Shown here piece by piece: positions 11,892-24,759 of a stretch of DNA of 64,000 nucleotides (position 1 is the stretch's first letter; the number at the start of each line of letters is the position of its first letter). This stretch comes from Octopus vulgaris (lineage: Eukaryota): contig OX597821.1 of the NCBI GenBank assembly GCA_951406725.2, positions 101,432,001 through 101,496,000 of the forward strand, read 5' to 3'. The translations under genes and the position numbers were made by a program. The notes beneath the pieces were generated by a model, which saw only the letters and a program-made list of their open reading frames with translations, did not search any database and was not told the origin of the DNA.

Positions 11892-13380
11892 CTAGATATA
11901 AGAAAAATATTTTATTACAAGATATTCAATGAAGATCTATCAAACATGAAAACAGACAAACCAGTTACAATACATTTCACATAACAACCAAATGATCCAA
12001 CCAGATTTAGAATGGGAACCATTAAATCCTAAGACAGTATACCCCACAACATAAGGACAAATTGGTTACAGCCAGAAATAGCAATAATTTTCAGATAGGA
12101 CTGACCGAATAAATAAAATCTGTGAATTCAAACATTTCATTTGTGTCTATCTCCACATGTCTGACCAATCATCAAATTATCAGATCCATGATCTTTTCAC
12201 TTTTATTATGACAGCTTCTTACTACACTATATTGAATAGCCATTCTTTACACAAGTCTGCACTTGGTTATTTATATGTGCCATAACTTCCTTCCTACATT
12301 GTTCACTTCTATTCACTTATTAATGGCACAATTATCCACGTTTTTTTTTTTTCTTTTTTTCATCTCAAACACTGTCCACTAAAAGATTTAAGATGTTTCT
12401 GCTTCTCCACAGTATCAGGATCTCCTTCACTAAGAAACCAGGCAACATTTGTTTCCTCCAAGAAGAGTCTCACCACAATCCCACTTCTTATAAATGACAC
12501 CACTATACTTCATAACAACACCAATTCAATTAATAACTTGGAAATCATTTGCTAAACAGGATACCCGTTTCGTGTTCGTTGCCAGCCTCGCCTGGCCCTC
12601 GTGCCGGTGGCACATAAAAAACACCATCCGTTCGTGGCCGTTTGCCAGCTCTGGCTGGCACCAGTGCGGGTGGCACGTAAAAAGCACCCACTACACTCAC
12701 GGAGTGGTTGGCGTTAGGAAGGGCATCCAGCCGTAGAAACACTGCCAGATTTGACTGGGCCTGATGAAGCCTTCTGGCTTCACAGACCCCAGCAGAACCG
12801 TCCAACCCATGCTAGCATGGAAAACGGACGCTAAATGATGATGATGATGATGATGATGATACAACTTCAAGAAGGTTTGGGTTTTTATTCTGACCCAAAA
12901 TAGATGAAGTTACATGATATAACATTTAAGAGTTGTGCTCATGTTCATAAGGCTGTGGGTTTGATTCCGGGATTGGGCAGCAAGTGTCCTTAGTAAGGTC
13001 CTAATTTCATGTTGCTTCAATCTGATGTTATAGAAGCCACTTGCCCAAGATGCCATACTATGTGAGCAAATCTAAAACCACATGGTTGTGAATCATACTT
13101 CTTAACTATAGCAATGCCTGCACATAATTTTTGGAAAGAATTTTTTTTAAATGTAACTGAATTTTTAATCATGAAGCACGAATGTGGAACATAGGTTCTT
13201 ACAGGATGGAAGGATTTAAATTATAAACACTTAAAAACAGCAATTTTATATCATAAAAACCAGAGGCAAGTGCAGGCAAGTTAGTATTAATCTAAAAATG
13301 GGTGTATTTAACTTTTGTTACAAAAAAGTAGTTTTGTTGTAAATCTAAACAATTAAACATATATATAGAAAAGAACTTAC

Positions 13381-13418
13381 ATGGACTGCATTTGAGGATT
13401 TGACATAAGGTTAGCAGC
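13381..13418 (-). CDS. SGTA: SGT coding exon 8 (38 nt)
   Basis: AANLMSNPQMQS(M); gttgcAG acceptor, GTAAGT donor; phases 0 in, 2 out. Confidence 0.92.
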
Positions 13419-14789
13419 CTGCAACAGAATGAAAAGAACAAAACTAATAAACAAAGAATGAACACACAAGACAATGTAGTCCTGAATATATAAAAGGGCA
13501 GTTATGGATGGAACATCTTTGATCATAGGCTTACTCTATCAGGGCTGACAGGGGCTAACCACAGCAACAACACTAATAAAAGCTTGGTTTAATAACCTGT
13601 TTAGTCAACCTGCTTGACCAATAAATACCAAGATTTGCTAAGATTATGCAAATATCAATATCTATAAAGCTGAAATACGAAATATTTGTTTGTCTCATTT
13701 TGGGATTGGAACAGTTTAAGGGCCAGTAGATGGGGTCAGATTGGCTCCAAAATTTACAGGGACATGTAAAAAGAGACAAGTAAATGAGTGGACTAGGTTA
13801 GAGGCCCCTATCTCAAAAGCTGTGGTTACTAGGGCAACAAAACCCACACTTTGACAAGTGTTTGTCGTTTCTCTCTTTTGCATATCACCGTCTTCCTCCA
13901 TCTCTCTTTCTTTCCTTCCTTCCCTCCATTTCTCTCTATAACAATGTTTGACAGCTTCGTCTGTTACTCTTTCTCCCACCACCTCTCTCACTGTACATCT
14001 GTCTGTATCTATAGAGAGAAAGCGTTGACAGCTGCAAAAGTTTAAATATTCCCGCTAATCTTAATATATTATCGTCATCAACCCCCAGACATTAATGACA
14101 GTAATCAATATCTATAAAGCTGAAATGCGAAAAAGTTGTTTGATTTCTTGGTTATTCGTCTCGATGGGAACGGTTTAAGGGGCAGTTTCTCATTTTTATG
14201 TATTTTTGCCTTTTATTTTTTATTGTTTGCAGTTTTCATTTTTTCTAAAAGAAATTTACAGCTGCATGTAGCCTGTGTTTAGAGCTTTCATTTGCATGGT
14301 CAATCATTGAAAAATTCCCAAAATAAGTACTAAATTTAACCAAGAAATCCTCTTTCTCCCTTATTTTTAATCGCTCAAATAGTGGCACGTACAAAAGGCA
14401 AGTGAGTTTTCCGTTGTCACTGCCTGATATTTATGATTGATCTTTCAAAATATTTTCTTTCTCAACTTACTCAAGATCTTTTGTTTTTTTATAAATGGGA
14501 GATATATATTTATCAGCCTCATATTCCCAGGAATACAAAATTAAAAACCTTCAGAAGATCTTCATTACCGACTTGTTTGTTTTTCAGTTTCTAATATCAG
14601 AATCAAAATATACACTTCCATTTATATTAGTTAAACCTATTATCAAAACAGTAGATTTTTTGATTTGGACATAACAACTAAAACTTTCAACAAAGTTATT
14701 TAATACTTCATGTCATTTCATTTTCTTTAGCTGCTGTTTTTTGCTTCTCAGTACCAATCATTATTTTGCTGTTTTTGTGATTGCAATCA

Positions 14790-15215
14790 TGATCATCATC
14801 ATCATCATCGTTTAACATCCGTTCTCCATGCTAGCATGGGTTGGACGGTTCGACCGGGGATCTGGGAAGCCAGAAGGCTGCACCAGGCTCCGGTCTTATC
14901 TGGCAATGTTTCTACAGCTGGATGCCCTTCCTAATGCCAACCACTCCGTGAGTGTAGTGGGTGGCTTTTACGTGCCACCTGCACAGGTGCCAGGCGAGGC
15001 TGGCAACGGCCACGGTCGGATTGGTGTATTTTACGTGCCACCGGCACGGAAGCCAGTCGAGGCAGTGCTGGCATCGGCCACGGTCGGATTGGTGTATTTT
15101 ACGTGCCACCGGCACGGAAGCCAGTCGAGGCAGTGCTGGCAACGGCCACGGTCGGATTGGTGTATTTTACGTGCCACCGGCACGGAGGCCAGTCGAGGCG
15201 GCGCTGGCATCGGCC
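14790..15215 (-). mobile_element. (GAT)n-tailed retroposon (family A) with internal about 63-bp tandem units. About 19 copies, e.g. 661-936, 10780-10955, 12570-12860, 21230-21485, 25340-25735, 31300-31502, 33435-33633, 34735-35060, 57484-57863
   Basis: Shared core gtggttggcgttaggaagggcatccagc...ccaacccatgctagcatggaa...gttaaacgatgatgat; copies are 5'-truncated at variable points. Confidence 0.9.
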
Positions 15216-16567
15216 TAATATATAACTATTTATCCTTTAAACACTAATAATTTCATAATGCTGTTTAATTTTGCTTGTGAATTAATTCAAAACCATAATG
15301 CTGATTAATTATATGTGGTTCAGTGGTTAGAGCATCAGGCTCAAGTTCAATTCCCGGACTTGGGTGTGTGTTGTGTTCTTGAGCAATACTTTATTTTGCA
15401 TTGCTCTAGATTACACAACTATAGAAATGAGTTGTAACATCACTGGTGCCAAACTTTATCGGCCTTTGCCTTTTCCTTAGATAACATCAGTGGCATGGAG
15501 AGGGGAGGCCGGTATGCATGGCCGGTATGCTGGTCTTCCATTAACATCCTTGACCAGACTTGTGCATAGGAGGTGCAATCCCATGGTCATTCATAGCCAA
15601 AGGGAAGGTCTTTGGTTATGAATGTCAACATCCATTTTTTCTGTGCTTACATGCATCAGCTGAAGTTTATAGAAGCAGAATTTCTAAAGCCAGATGCCTT
15701 TCTTGTTGTCAAACCCTTAGCTATTTCCAAGCAAAGTAATATTTCCCCCATGGCCAGACATGTTTCCACAGAATCCTGGAAATGAATGATATTCATTTAC
15801 AACAATCTCACAATGTCAAGACAAGGAAACACAAACATATACACAATGGGCTTTTTTCAGTTTCTGTCTACCAAATATACCCACAAGGCAGGAGCAATAT
15901 TGCCTACAGTGCCACACAGTAAGACAGAACCCAAAACCATGTGGTTGAAAAGCAAACTTCTTTACCACACATTCAAACCTGTGCCTTTATATAAAAAAAA
16001 GGCAAGATTTATAATAAACGTCAGGTTTGCATAGTCGACATCATCTAAGTGATTAATATAATCAACAGAATATCAAAAACTATTACAAAGCATTGGAATT
16101 TAACTGAAGGAAAACAAAAGAAATAAACACACAATAACAAGAGAGCTGTTCATGCAATCATTTCATTTTTATATCTGCCTTTTTTTTCCCATGCTAGACT
16201 GGGCTCAATGAGAGTTCTTGAGGTAGTTGACTATGATCAGACCCCTTCCTAACACTAAGTAAGGTACTTTATACCAAGATTTTTTTTTATGAGGGAACAT
16301 AAATGCCACAGCTGCCCAAGCAATACTAGAGCAAACACACACATACACACACACACAAAGGGCTTCCACACTGTTGCTAGTTACCATATTTCACTCACAC
16401 AATATTGATCAACCAGACATTATTAGCAGAAGACACTTGACAAGGTGACACACAAGAGATTGAACCTAAAACCATGCACTTATGAAACAAACTTCTTAGC
16501 CACACCTGTGCCTATGTTTTAATATTCAACATATTTTCATATAAGAAAAAACATTACATCAACTCAC

Positions 16568-16648
16568 CATGTTCATAAGTGCTGGATTGTTAACTATACT
16601 TGACAAATCAAAGCCTTTTTGTCCAGCAGCACCAGAAGCTAATCCAGC
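16568..16648 (-). CDS. SGTA: SGT coding exon 7
   Basis: AGLASGAAGQKGFDLSSIVNNPALMNM, containing the SGT NNP motif; tttcAG acceptor, GTGAGT donor. Confidence 0.93.
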
Positions 16649-17779
16649 CTGAAAGGCGAATGAATTTTGTTTTAAGGGGAGGAAAAACAAAATTGAAAAC
16701 CAATTTATACAAAAGAAAAACATTTAAACACTTAAAGTCTGAAAGGAATGGTCGTTAGCATTATTAATTTTTTTTTTTTTATTAACTTCATATTTAGAGT
16801 TGAAGGAACTTGATATTCATATCCTGTATGTTTCAATGAATTTGATCTCTCATCAGAATCAGAATCCTGGAAATGCACACAGTATGGTTATGTATACAAC
16901 ACAGGGCTTGAAGGGAGAGATTATTTTAATCAGAAAAAAAGCTCAATAAATGACATGCTCAGTCATTACATCTGACAATGGACCTTAAAGGGAACTCTGG
17001 GTTTATGTATTTTAGAAAGGCTACGCAGTTGTGGTAGCTTACTAAAATATTGCATCAGATGTCAGTATTAATGGCCAGTTACATGGTAATTTTTTTCTGA
17101 AGTAAGACATAACTGAACTACAAAAAAACCAGTCCATCATATAAGACCCACAGTCACTCTCAAATACAAAGTAGAAGTCTATTTTACTGCAAAGGATATT
17201 TCAAATTCAAAAACTCCACAACATACAGACATCAGAATTATACTAGAAAAGATAAAAACCAAACTTCAGATTCCTTGTCAAAGTTAAACCTACCCAGAAC
17301 ATAAGAAATATATGTATAACATTTCATGCCTTTGCACGTTTTGTAAAGAAGAAACTGAAAAGCTTTTAAGTCAGAATAGAAGTATTCCAGGTTTTAAGAG
17401 GATAAACCTCAAAATAAGGAATGCTAAGACATATATGATGCAAGAAATAAAACATTTATACCAATTACAACTTCTCTTTATGACAGATGAAATAACCCTG
17501 TGCTCTGATGATGAGATACCAAGTGCAAGAAACATACTTACAGACAGCAATCGTAAAATGTCATGATTGTAACCTTATATGAAAACCATCATTAATGTCC
17601 ATTTTTTCCATGCTTGCATGGGTCAGAGGAAATTCATTGAGGTACATTTTCTATGAGAAGGTGCCCTTCTAGTCATCAACCCTCACCTGTTACCAAGCAA
17701 GGCAACATTTCTCCTTGACCTGACATATTTTTCATGGAAGAGTGGAAATGAACATCACTTGTATGATGGTGGTGCTAGT

Positions 17780-18250
17780 GTAAGTGATTCAAGAGGAAAA
17801 CCGGATATACAAGGCATCAACCGTAATGTGCAAGAGAGAAGACTATGCTAGTAGCCATGTAATGCATATGAAAGAAGACAGCTGCATCATGAAGTGCCGA
17901 TCTCTAATTGTGGAAGGAACATGTGGAAGGGGTAGACCCAGGAAGATGTGGGATGAAGCAGTGAGAAAGGATCTTCAGACATTGGGCCTCACAGAGGGGA
18001 TGACAAGGGACGGAGACTCCAGGCAGTTTGCAGTACTTGAGGAAACATCAAGCTAAATAAAATCATGTCCCCTGCATCCCTCTTCAGCTAAGTGATCCAA
18101 ATTTTGTGGGCCTGTGGGTACTGGTGCCACATAAAAGCACCCAGTAGACTCGGTTGGCATTAGGAAGAGCAAAAGACATAGAGCCTAAGCAGATCTTGTC
18201 AAGCTGTCCAACCCATGCCAGCATGGAAAGCAGATGATGATAATGATGAC
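17780..18250 (+). mobile_element. RTE LINE 3' remnant (ORF2 C-terminus running into family A sequence); similar remnant at about 25740-25990
   Basis: ORF 17784-18056 contains VEGTCGRGRPRKMWDEAVRKDL, the RTE C-terminal GRGRPRK.W motif. Confidence 0.8.
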
Positions 18251-18944
18251 AAAACAGAACGAAATAGTAATACAATCAACTTAATCACTGCAGCAATGTC
18301 ATTAATGATTTTTAACTTAAAACTAGTTTGATTCTGATAATCATAATTGAACCAGTGTGCAAATTTAGAAAAACCAAATAAGCAGTACATATGTGTTGGT
18401 AACTCAATCAGTAAGCATAAGGCTGCTTCTGATGAAAGATTTATTTGAATAACCTAAAAATGTAACAATAATTATCAATGAATAAAATCATTATTATGCC
18501 TTTAGTTTAGAAATAAAAGTTGCCAACTGGAAACCTAAGCACACTTATGTATGTACTATAGGAATTAAGGAGACTTGATGACAATCAGAGAGTGAGCAGT
18601 AATCAGCACACATCATCTTTGTCCATGATTGCACATATATTATGTACATTCATCATCATCATCGTTTAACGTCCCTTGTCTAAGCTGGCATGGGCTGGAC
18701 AGTTTGACCAGAGCTGGCAAGCTGGGGACCTGCACCAGACTCCAGTCTCATTTGGCATGGTTTCTATGGCTGGATTCCCTTCCTAGCACCAACTACTTTA
18801 AAGAGTGTGCTGATGCTTTTACATGGCACCACCACAAGTGCTTTTTGCCACCAAAAGGACCAGTTTTAACACTTCTGCTGCTGCTGGGTACAGGTCTTCT
18901 TATAATATGTTAAGCTAAAGACATGGAGGCTTGCATGGATTGTA

Positions 18945-19365
18945 AATATTGGTTTCAAATTTTGGCACAAGGCTAGCAATTTCAGAAATGGGTAAATCAA
19001 TTATATTGATCCCACTGATTTTATTCACTCTGAAATGAAAAGCAAAGTTAACCTCAGCAGAATTTGAACTCAGAACAAAGACAAAATGCTAAGCGTTTTG
19101 TCAGGCTTACTGCCAATTCTGCCAGCTCACTGCCTTGTGAGTTGTAAATATTGATTTCAAACTTTGGCACAAGGCCAGCAAGTTTGCGAGTGAGGGTAAG
19201 TCAATTATATCAAGTCCAGTGTTCAACAGGGACTTATTTTATCAACTCCAAAAGGATGATACACAAAGTCAACCTCAGCAGAATTTGAACTCAGAACATA
19301 AAGATGGACAAAAATGTTGCTGAGAGTTTCACCTGATATGCTAAGGATTCTGCCAGTCTGGCACT
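18945..19365 (-). mobile_element. Two tandem copies of a second tRNA-derived SINE (family C)
   Basis: Repeated about 200-bp unit tttcaaattttggcacaagg...aaagtcaacctcagcagaatttgaactcagaac...ttctgccag, with a B-box-like GAGTTCAAATTC on the minus strand. Partial copies at about 3935-4045, 11240-11300 and 45080-45185. Confidence 0.8.
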
Positions 19366-19469
19366 TTATGGGTTGTAAATGTTAAATGTTTCATCCCTAC
19401 AAAGTCGTAATTGGGAGGAAAATAACAGAACAATAAATATTCAGAATTTTTTCTTCATCAACCATAATT

Positions 19470-20030
19470 TTGAATCCGAGTTTTATCCCCATTAACAGGG
19501 GGTAGCCGGATCTACCTCAATGCCATAGCAAGTGCCCTCACACCATCTCGCCAGGTTTTCAGTGTCATCCCTTCTCAAGCTAACCCTTGCAAGCTCCTCC
19601 TCTGCCTGTTCCCAACATTTTCCTCGGTCAACCTTGCTTTTGCTGTCCATTTACTTCAGATTCTAGCACCCTCTTCAGAACATGCTCCTCATCCCTCGAC
19701 ACATGCCCATACCACTGATTCCTCTAACCCCAGTATCCTCATCAAGTCCTCAGTCCTCTTATTAAACAGCCTCACGCCACACCCTTCTCTCACCATTGCT
19801 CTCTCAGTCCTTCTCAAAATTGCCACCTCTCTCTCTCAAACACCATGTCTTACTCCCATAAAGCATTGCAGCTCTCACACAACTCCTATAGATCTTTCCT
19901 TTTGTCTTCAATAAGAACCATTTCCCATACAATAACATTCCAAGTTCCCTGAACTTCACTCAGCCAAGTCTTGCTGTCACAGCTGCTTCACATCCACCAC
20001 TTACATCTACTCTATCTCCCAAATAACATG
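19470..20030 (-). mobile_element. RTE LINE remnant (post-RT region)
   Basis: Minus strand gives YLGDRVDVSGGCEAAVTAR...KTKGKIYRSCVRAAMLYGSKTW...ILRRTERAMVR, with frameshifts. Confidence 0.8.
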
Positions 20031-20318
20031 TAGACTTCAATAAATAGTTCAGCATTTAAACTCTTACATGCTTATTTTCACAAAAACTAAAAGCTGTGGT
20101 AAGATATATCTTGTTTGTGATCCCACAATGTGAGGGGTGGAGTTTCAGTCTCCATCACTGCATTGTTACATTAAGTACATAATAGTCAAGAAGACTTGAC
20201 AATTTTCTGTGGTTTTTCCATGCAATCAAGTAATTTGAAAATTTGTATCATAGAATGAGGAGTGGTATCAATAGGGTTAAATTTGTAGATTAACTATTTG
20301 CAGTGTTTGTCAACTCAC

Positions 20319-20457
20319 CCCCATAGCTTGTTCCCGAAGTCTCTGCTCAACCATCTCTAAATTATTCTTGTAGCTCTGATTGTTTGGATCCAACTCCAAA
20401 GCTTTTCTGTAGCATTCGTGAGATTGTTCATTGTTCTCAAGCTCAAGGTAAGCCATT
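20319..20457 (-). CDS. SGTA: SGT coding exon 6 (TPR3)
   Basis: MAYLELENNEQSHECYRKALELDPNNQSYKNNLEMVEQRLREQAMG; 139 nt; AG acceptor, GTGAGT donor. Confidence 0.95.
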
Positions 20458-20898
20458 CTAAAAGATAAATTCATTAACACTATTAGAAAACGATTCAACA
20501 TCAAAAATACAAGCAACAAGATATTCTCAAATTATCTAACAATGAAACTGGTCTATTCAATAGATTTGATAAAATTACTACAGGTACAACATTGATTTTC
20601 AGGAACCTTTTCGTTCCAAAGCCTTCCCAGATTACTGATTTTTCCAAACCTGAGGTGTTCTCCTCTAGATTAAATATTAAATTTAATTAAATAAAATACA
20701 GGTACCTGTACATCTGTATAGATTATAAAAATTTATTTTATTGTACGAGGTACAGTGAAACGGAACCACCCAGTAAACTAGACAAGCATCACAGGAATTT
20801 AAAGTTCCTGCTCATAAATCAGTGTGGATCACAAAAGGTTCTGGATCATCAGCACCTAGAAAGTCAGTGTTGTTCCTGTATATATAAGGATCACTCAC

Positions 20899-21003
20899 CC
20901 CATCCGACCATATGCCTTGCTGTAGCTAGGATCAATGGCCAATGCACTGTTACAGTCTTGGATAGCTGATGTATGTTTAGTTAATTTACTGTAGGCTGCA
21001 GCT
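20899..21003 (-). CDS. SGTA: SGT coding exon 5 (TPR2)
   Basis: [34 protein letters not shown](G); 105 nt; AG acceptor, GTGAGT donor. Confidence 0.95.
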
Positions 21004-24000
21004 CTGGAATTAAAAAACAGGATTGATTGATTATAAATGACATTGTAATGATGGAAAAGATATATGCAATAATTAATGATGTACTTCCAAATTCTATCTT
21101 TCCAATAAAAATGCTTACGTCTTATGACATCAGAAATAGCATAATGAGTAACAGTAGATTATTTTGAACAAAACAGTTGTGAATTATTTTTTTCACTAAG
21201 AAATAAATATATGCAAAAAAAAAAAAAGGCGAGCGAGATCGCTGCCAGTGCAGCTGGACTGGCTCCTGTGCAAGTGGCACATAAAAAGCACCATTTGAGC
21301 GTGGCCGTTGCCAGTGCCACCTGACTGGCCCTCGTAAAAGCACCCACTACACTCTCAGAGTGGTTGGCATTAGGAAGGGCATCCAGCTGTAGATTGGAGT
21401 CTGGTGCAGCCATCTGGTTCGCCAGACCTCAGTCAAATCGTCCAACCCATGCTAGCATGGAAAGCGGACGTTAAACGATGAACGATAACAATGAGAGTCG
21501 CATAGCTCCTGTGATTGTCTCACCAAATGTTAAAATGCATTTAAACATGTTTAACAAAAAAGAAAAAATCTTTTTATATACATTCATACACGTATTATTA
21601 AATACACTTATTTAGAACAGAATTAGTAAAAGTTATTTAATGAAGAAGCCACAAATCAAACTATAAACTGACAGCTTCTAGTTATCATACATCAATGGGG
21701 AGTTTGATCTGAAACAGCAGTAATTTTTAACAAATTGTTATTGTTTCAATAAATATTCTTTTTCGTTAAGTAGTCTAACTGTGCATCTGTCACATCAACT
21801 GTAAAACGGAGTGTGGAGTCAACAATGGGGAAACTTATGCAATTGCTTTTACAATTGCTTCCAATTGTAAACAACAGCTGCAGACGTGACTGTGCGGTAA
21901 GAAGCCTGGTTCTCTAGGTTCATTCCTATCACATGACACCTTGGGCAAGTGCTTTCTACTAAAGCCTTGGGCCAACCAAAGACTTGAGTGGATTTGGTTG
22001 AGAGAAACTGAAAGAAACTCATGTGTGCATCCCACTACTGCTTGACAGCCAATGTTGGTGTGTTTATGTCCCTTATAACTTAGTGGTTCGGCAAAAAAGA
22101 CTGATAGAATAAGTACCAGGCTTTAAAAGAATAAGTCCTGGGGTTTAATCTATTCAACTAGAAACCTTCAAGGAAGTCGCCAGCATGGCCGCAGTCAAAT
22201 GACTGAAACAAGTAAAAAGATAAGAAAATAATAAACAGTTTAAAATACGAAAATGACCAAACCTATTCTCAACCCATTGCAACAGCTGGTGACCAGACAT
22301 TGTTGTAAAAGATTTTTTTTGTTTTTTTTTTCTCATCTGAAACAAGTTTCCTTAGTGCCATAACGGGACAAATTTAAGAGCATAAAGATTGTGATCATAC
22401 CAATCTACAAGTAAAATTTAAGAATCTTCCAATTAATCAATCACCTTTACAATATGCAACAGGTGTAAAAATATACAGAAATAACACGTAGGCTTGGTAT
22501 TATCATACTGTAAGATGAACTGAAGAATATATTGAAGAATATTTTGTTACAATAACTTCTAAATCTATTTCCCACAGCTGTTACAAAGCTATTTTTTTTG
22601 TTTTGTTTCTATTAAATGTAATATGTAAACAGTTTCACAACAAGAGAGCATATGAAAATAAGGTTAATTTTATGACCCAAAGAATTTTCACTAACAACCA
22701 ACTTTGAGGTGTCAATCTGAGTTTTCTATTGTCTAGGAAGTAGTTGTCAAATTTCCTAAATAAAATGCTGTTAAATGTATGGTAAACAACTTAGAGAAAA
22801 CATTTAAAAATTTTTTTAAAAAAAGTACTTTCAAAATAAAACCAAATAAAATCTAAATTTTACACATATACTAGAAATAAATACGAGTTTAACTTAATTG
22901 CAGAATAAGGAATACTTAAAATAACCAAAGTTAAAATGAATATTTTCTAAAAAAAATAAATAAATAAATAGGCACAGGCATAGCTGTGTGATAAGCTTGC
23001 TTCCAAACCACATGATTCCAGGTTCACCCGGGCAAGTGTCCTACTATAGCCTCGAGCTGACCAAAGCCTTGTGAGTGGATTTAGTAGACAGAAACTGAAA
23101 GAAGCCCTTTGCATATATGTGTGTGAGAGTGTGTGTATGTGTGTTTCTCCCCACCCATTGCTTGACAACCGGTGTTGGTATGTTTATGTCTCTGTAACTT
23201 AGTGGTTCGGCAAAAGAGACTGATAGAATGAGTACCAAATTTACAAAATATAAGTACTGGGGTCAATTCAATCAACTAAGACATCCTTCAAAGCGGTGCC
23301 CCAGCATGGCCACAGTCTAATGACTGAAACAAGTAAAAAAGATAAATAATGAACATTTTTATATTTAAAACAAACGAATCAGCTTTTTAAAATTATCCTA
23401 CAGGATTGTCTGTTTACTTTGAGGCAGTTTCTTCAAATGAATTTCTTGAATTTCCGAAAACTGATTGAGTTTCATGTTTCACAGACATTTGGCTCATAGT
23501 GAGCATTGTCTTTGAGCCTATATACTTAGTAGCATAAAGAAACTAGGGGCCTGTTGAGAATAAGTTAAATTTTCATCATGCTTTCAAAAGAGTTATAGTC
23601 CATGCAATAGCAGATGCAAAAAACTACATCCTTAATTTGGTGTTGAGAGTCAGGGATAGATTTTTTACTGCTGATTGTGTTATAAAATTATTTCATTTGA
23701 AATTCTTGATAATTTCCTGGTTCAGTGGTTGCATGAGACTATCGCTGGGTAGTAAACAACATTATTTAATGTCCACTTTTTTCTATGCTTACAAGGGTTG
23801 GATGGAATTTGTCCAGGCAAATTTACTACAGCCAGATGCCTTTTGTCACCAACTCTTACCTATTTCCAAGCAAGGGATAGTTTCCCATAGCCAGACAGGT
23901 CTTTCTTGGAAAACTCAAACAACATTGTTACATGATGGTGATGCTCATTGACAACCATAATGTGATATCAAGACAAAGGTATACACACACACGCATACAT

Positions 24001-24166
24001 GACACACTTCTTTCAACCAAATCCACTTACATAGCTTTGGTCAGTTCTAGGCTATTGAGGACACTTGCCTAAGGCACTGCACAAAGAAACTAAATCCAAG
24101 ACACCTTTGGTCAACAAACCCAAAAAAATAATTGAGGTACCCAAATCCAGTCCCTCTCTATAATTA

Positions 24167-24267
24167 GAGCAAATATTGTCTGCCAACACAACATGGCAGT
24201 CCTGGTTTAGGACAAATGTTGCCATAAACCAGGACTGCAATGTTGTGTTGGCAGACAATCTTTGCTC
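24167..24267. repeat. Near-perfect 43-bp inverted repeat with 15-nt spacer in the SGT intron between coding exons 4 and 5
   Basis: Left arm gagcaaatattgtctgccaacacaacatggcagtcctggttta versus reverse complement of right arm gagcaaagattgtctgccaacacaacattgcagtcctggttta: 2 mismatches. Confidence 0.95.
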
Positions 24268-24659
24268 CAAGTACTGTTGCTGAATATCTCTCGTGAGCTT
24301 TACAAATAGTAATCCTCTCTATAACTATTATCCCCAGATAAAGCTTTGCCCTTTGATAACTTCTATAAAAGCCATTTATGCAATAATTTATCACACCATC
24401 ACACTAAGACTTTTCTTATTTTATTATACAGCTAATAATATGACGTAAAATCTAAAAGCTTTTCTTTAGTGTTCTTAATGTCAAGAATAGGAAAGGACAG
24501 AATAAAAAATAAATCTAGCTATATCAATAATAAAAAAAATATTTACAAAATTAATACTCTAATGAGAAGACACTAATTGAAATCAACTACAGATTCTAGG
24601 ATAAATAAGTGCATTCTTTAAAAGAATTACACACAAAAAAAACAAAAAACTTTAGTTAC

Positions 24660-24759
24660 CTGTTACAATAATAAACAGCATTTTTGTTGTCCAACTTTAT
24701 GGCCTTTGTGTAACATTCTAGTGCTTCGGAGAATTTCTCTGCTTTCATGAAGTCATTTC
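24660..24759 (-). CDS. SGTA: SGT coding exon 4 (TPR1)
   Basis: (G)NDFMKAEKFSEALECYTKAIKLDNKNAVYYCN(R); 100 nt; AG acceptor, GTAACT donor. Confidence 0.95.

Noticed and set aside
14945-15215. Regularly spaced GC-rich repeats resembling a CRISPR array
   Set aside because: Units are contiguous tandem copies without unique spacers, lie inside a dispersed retroposon, and no cas genes are present in this eukaryotic context.
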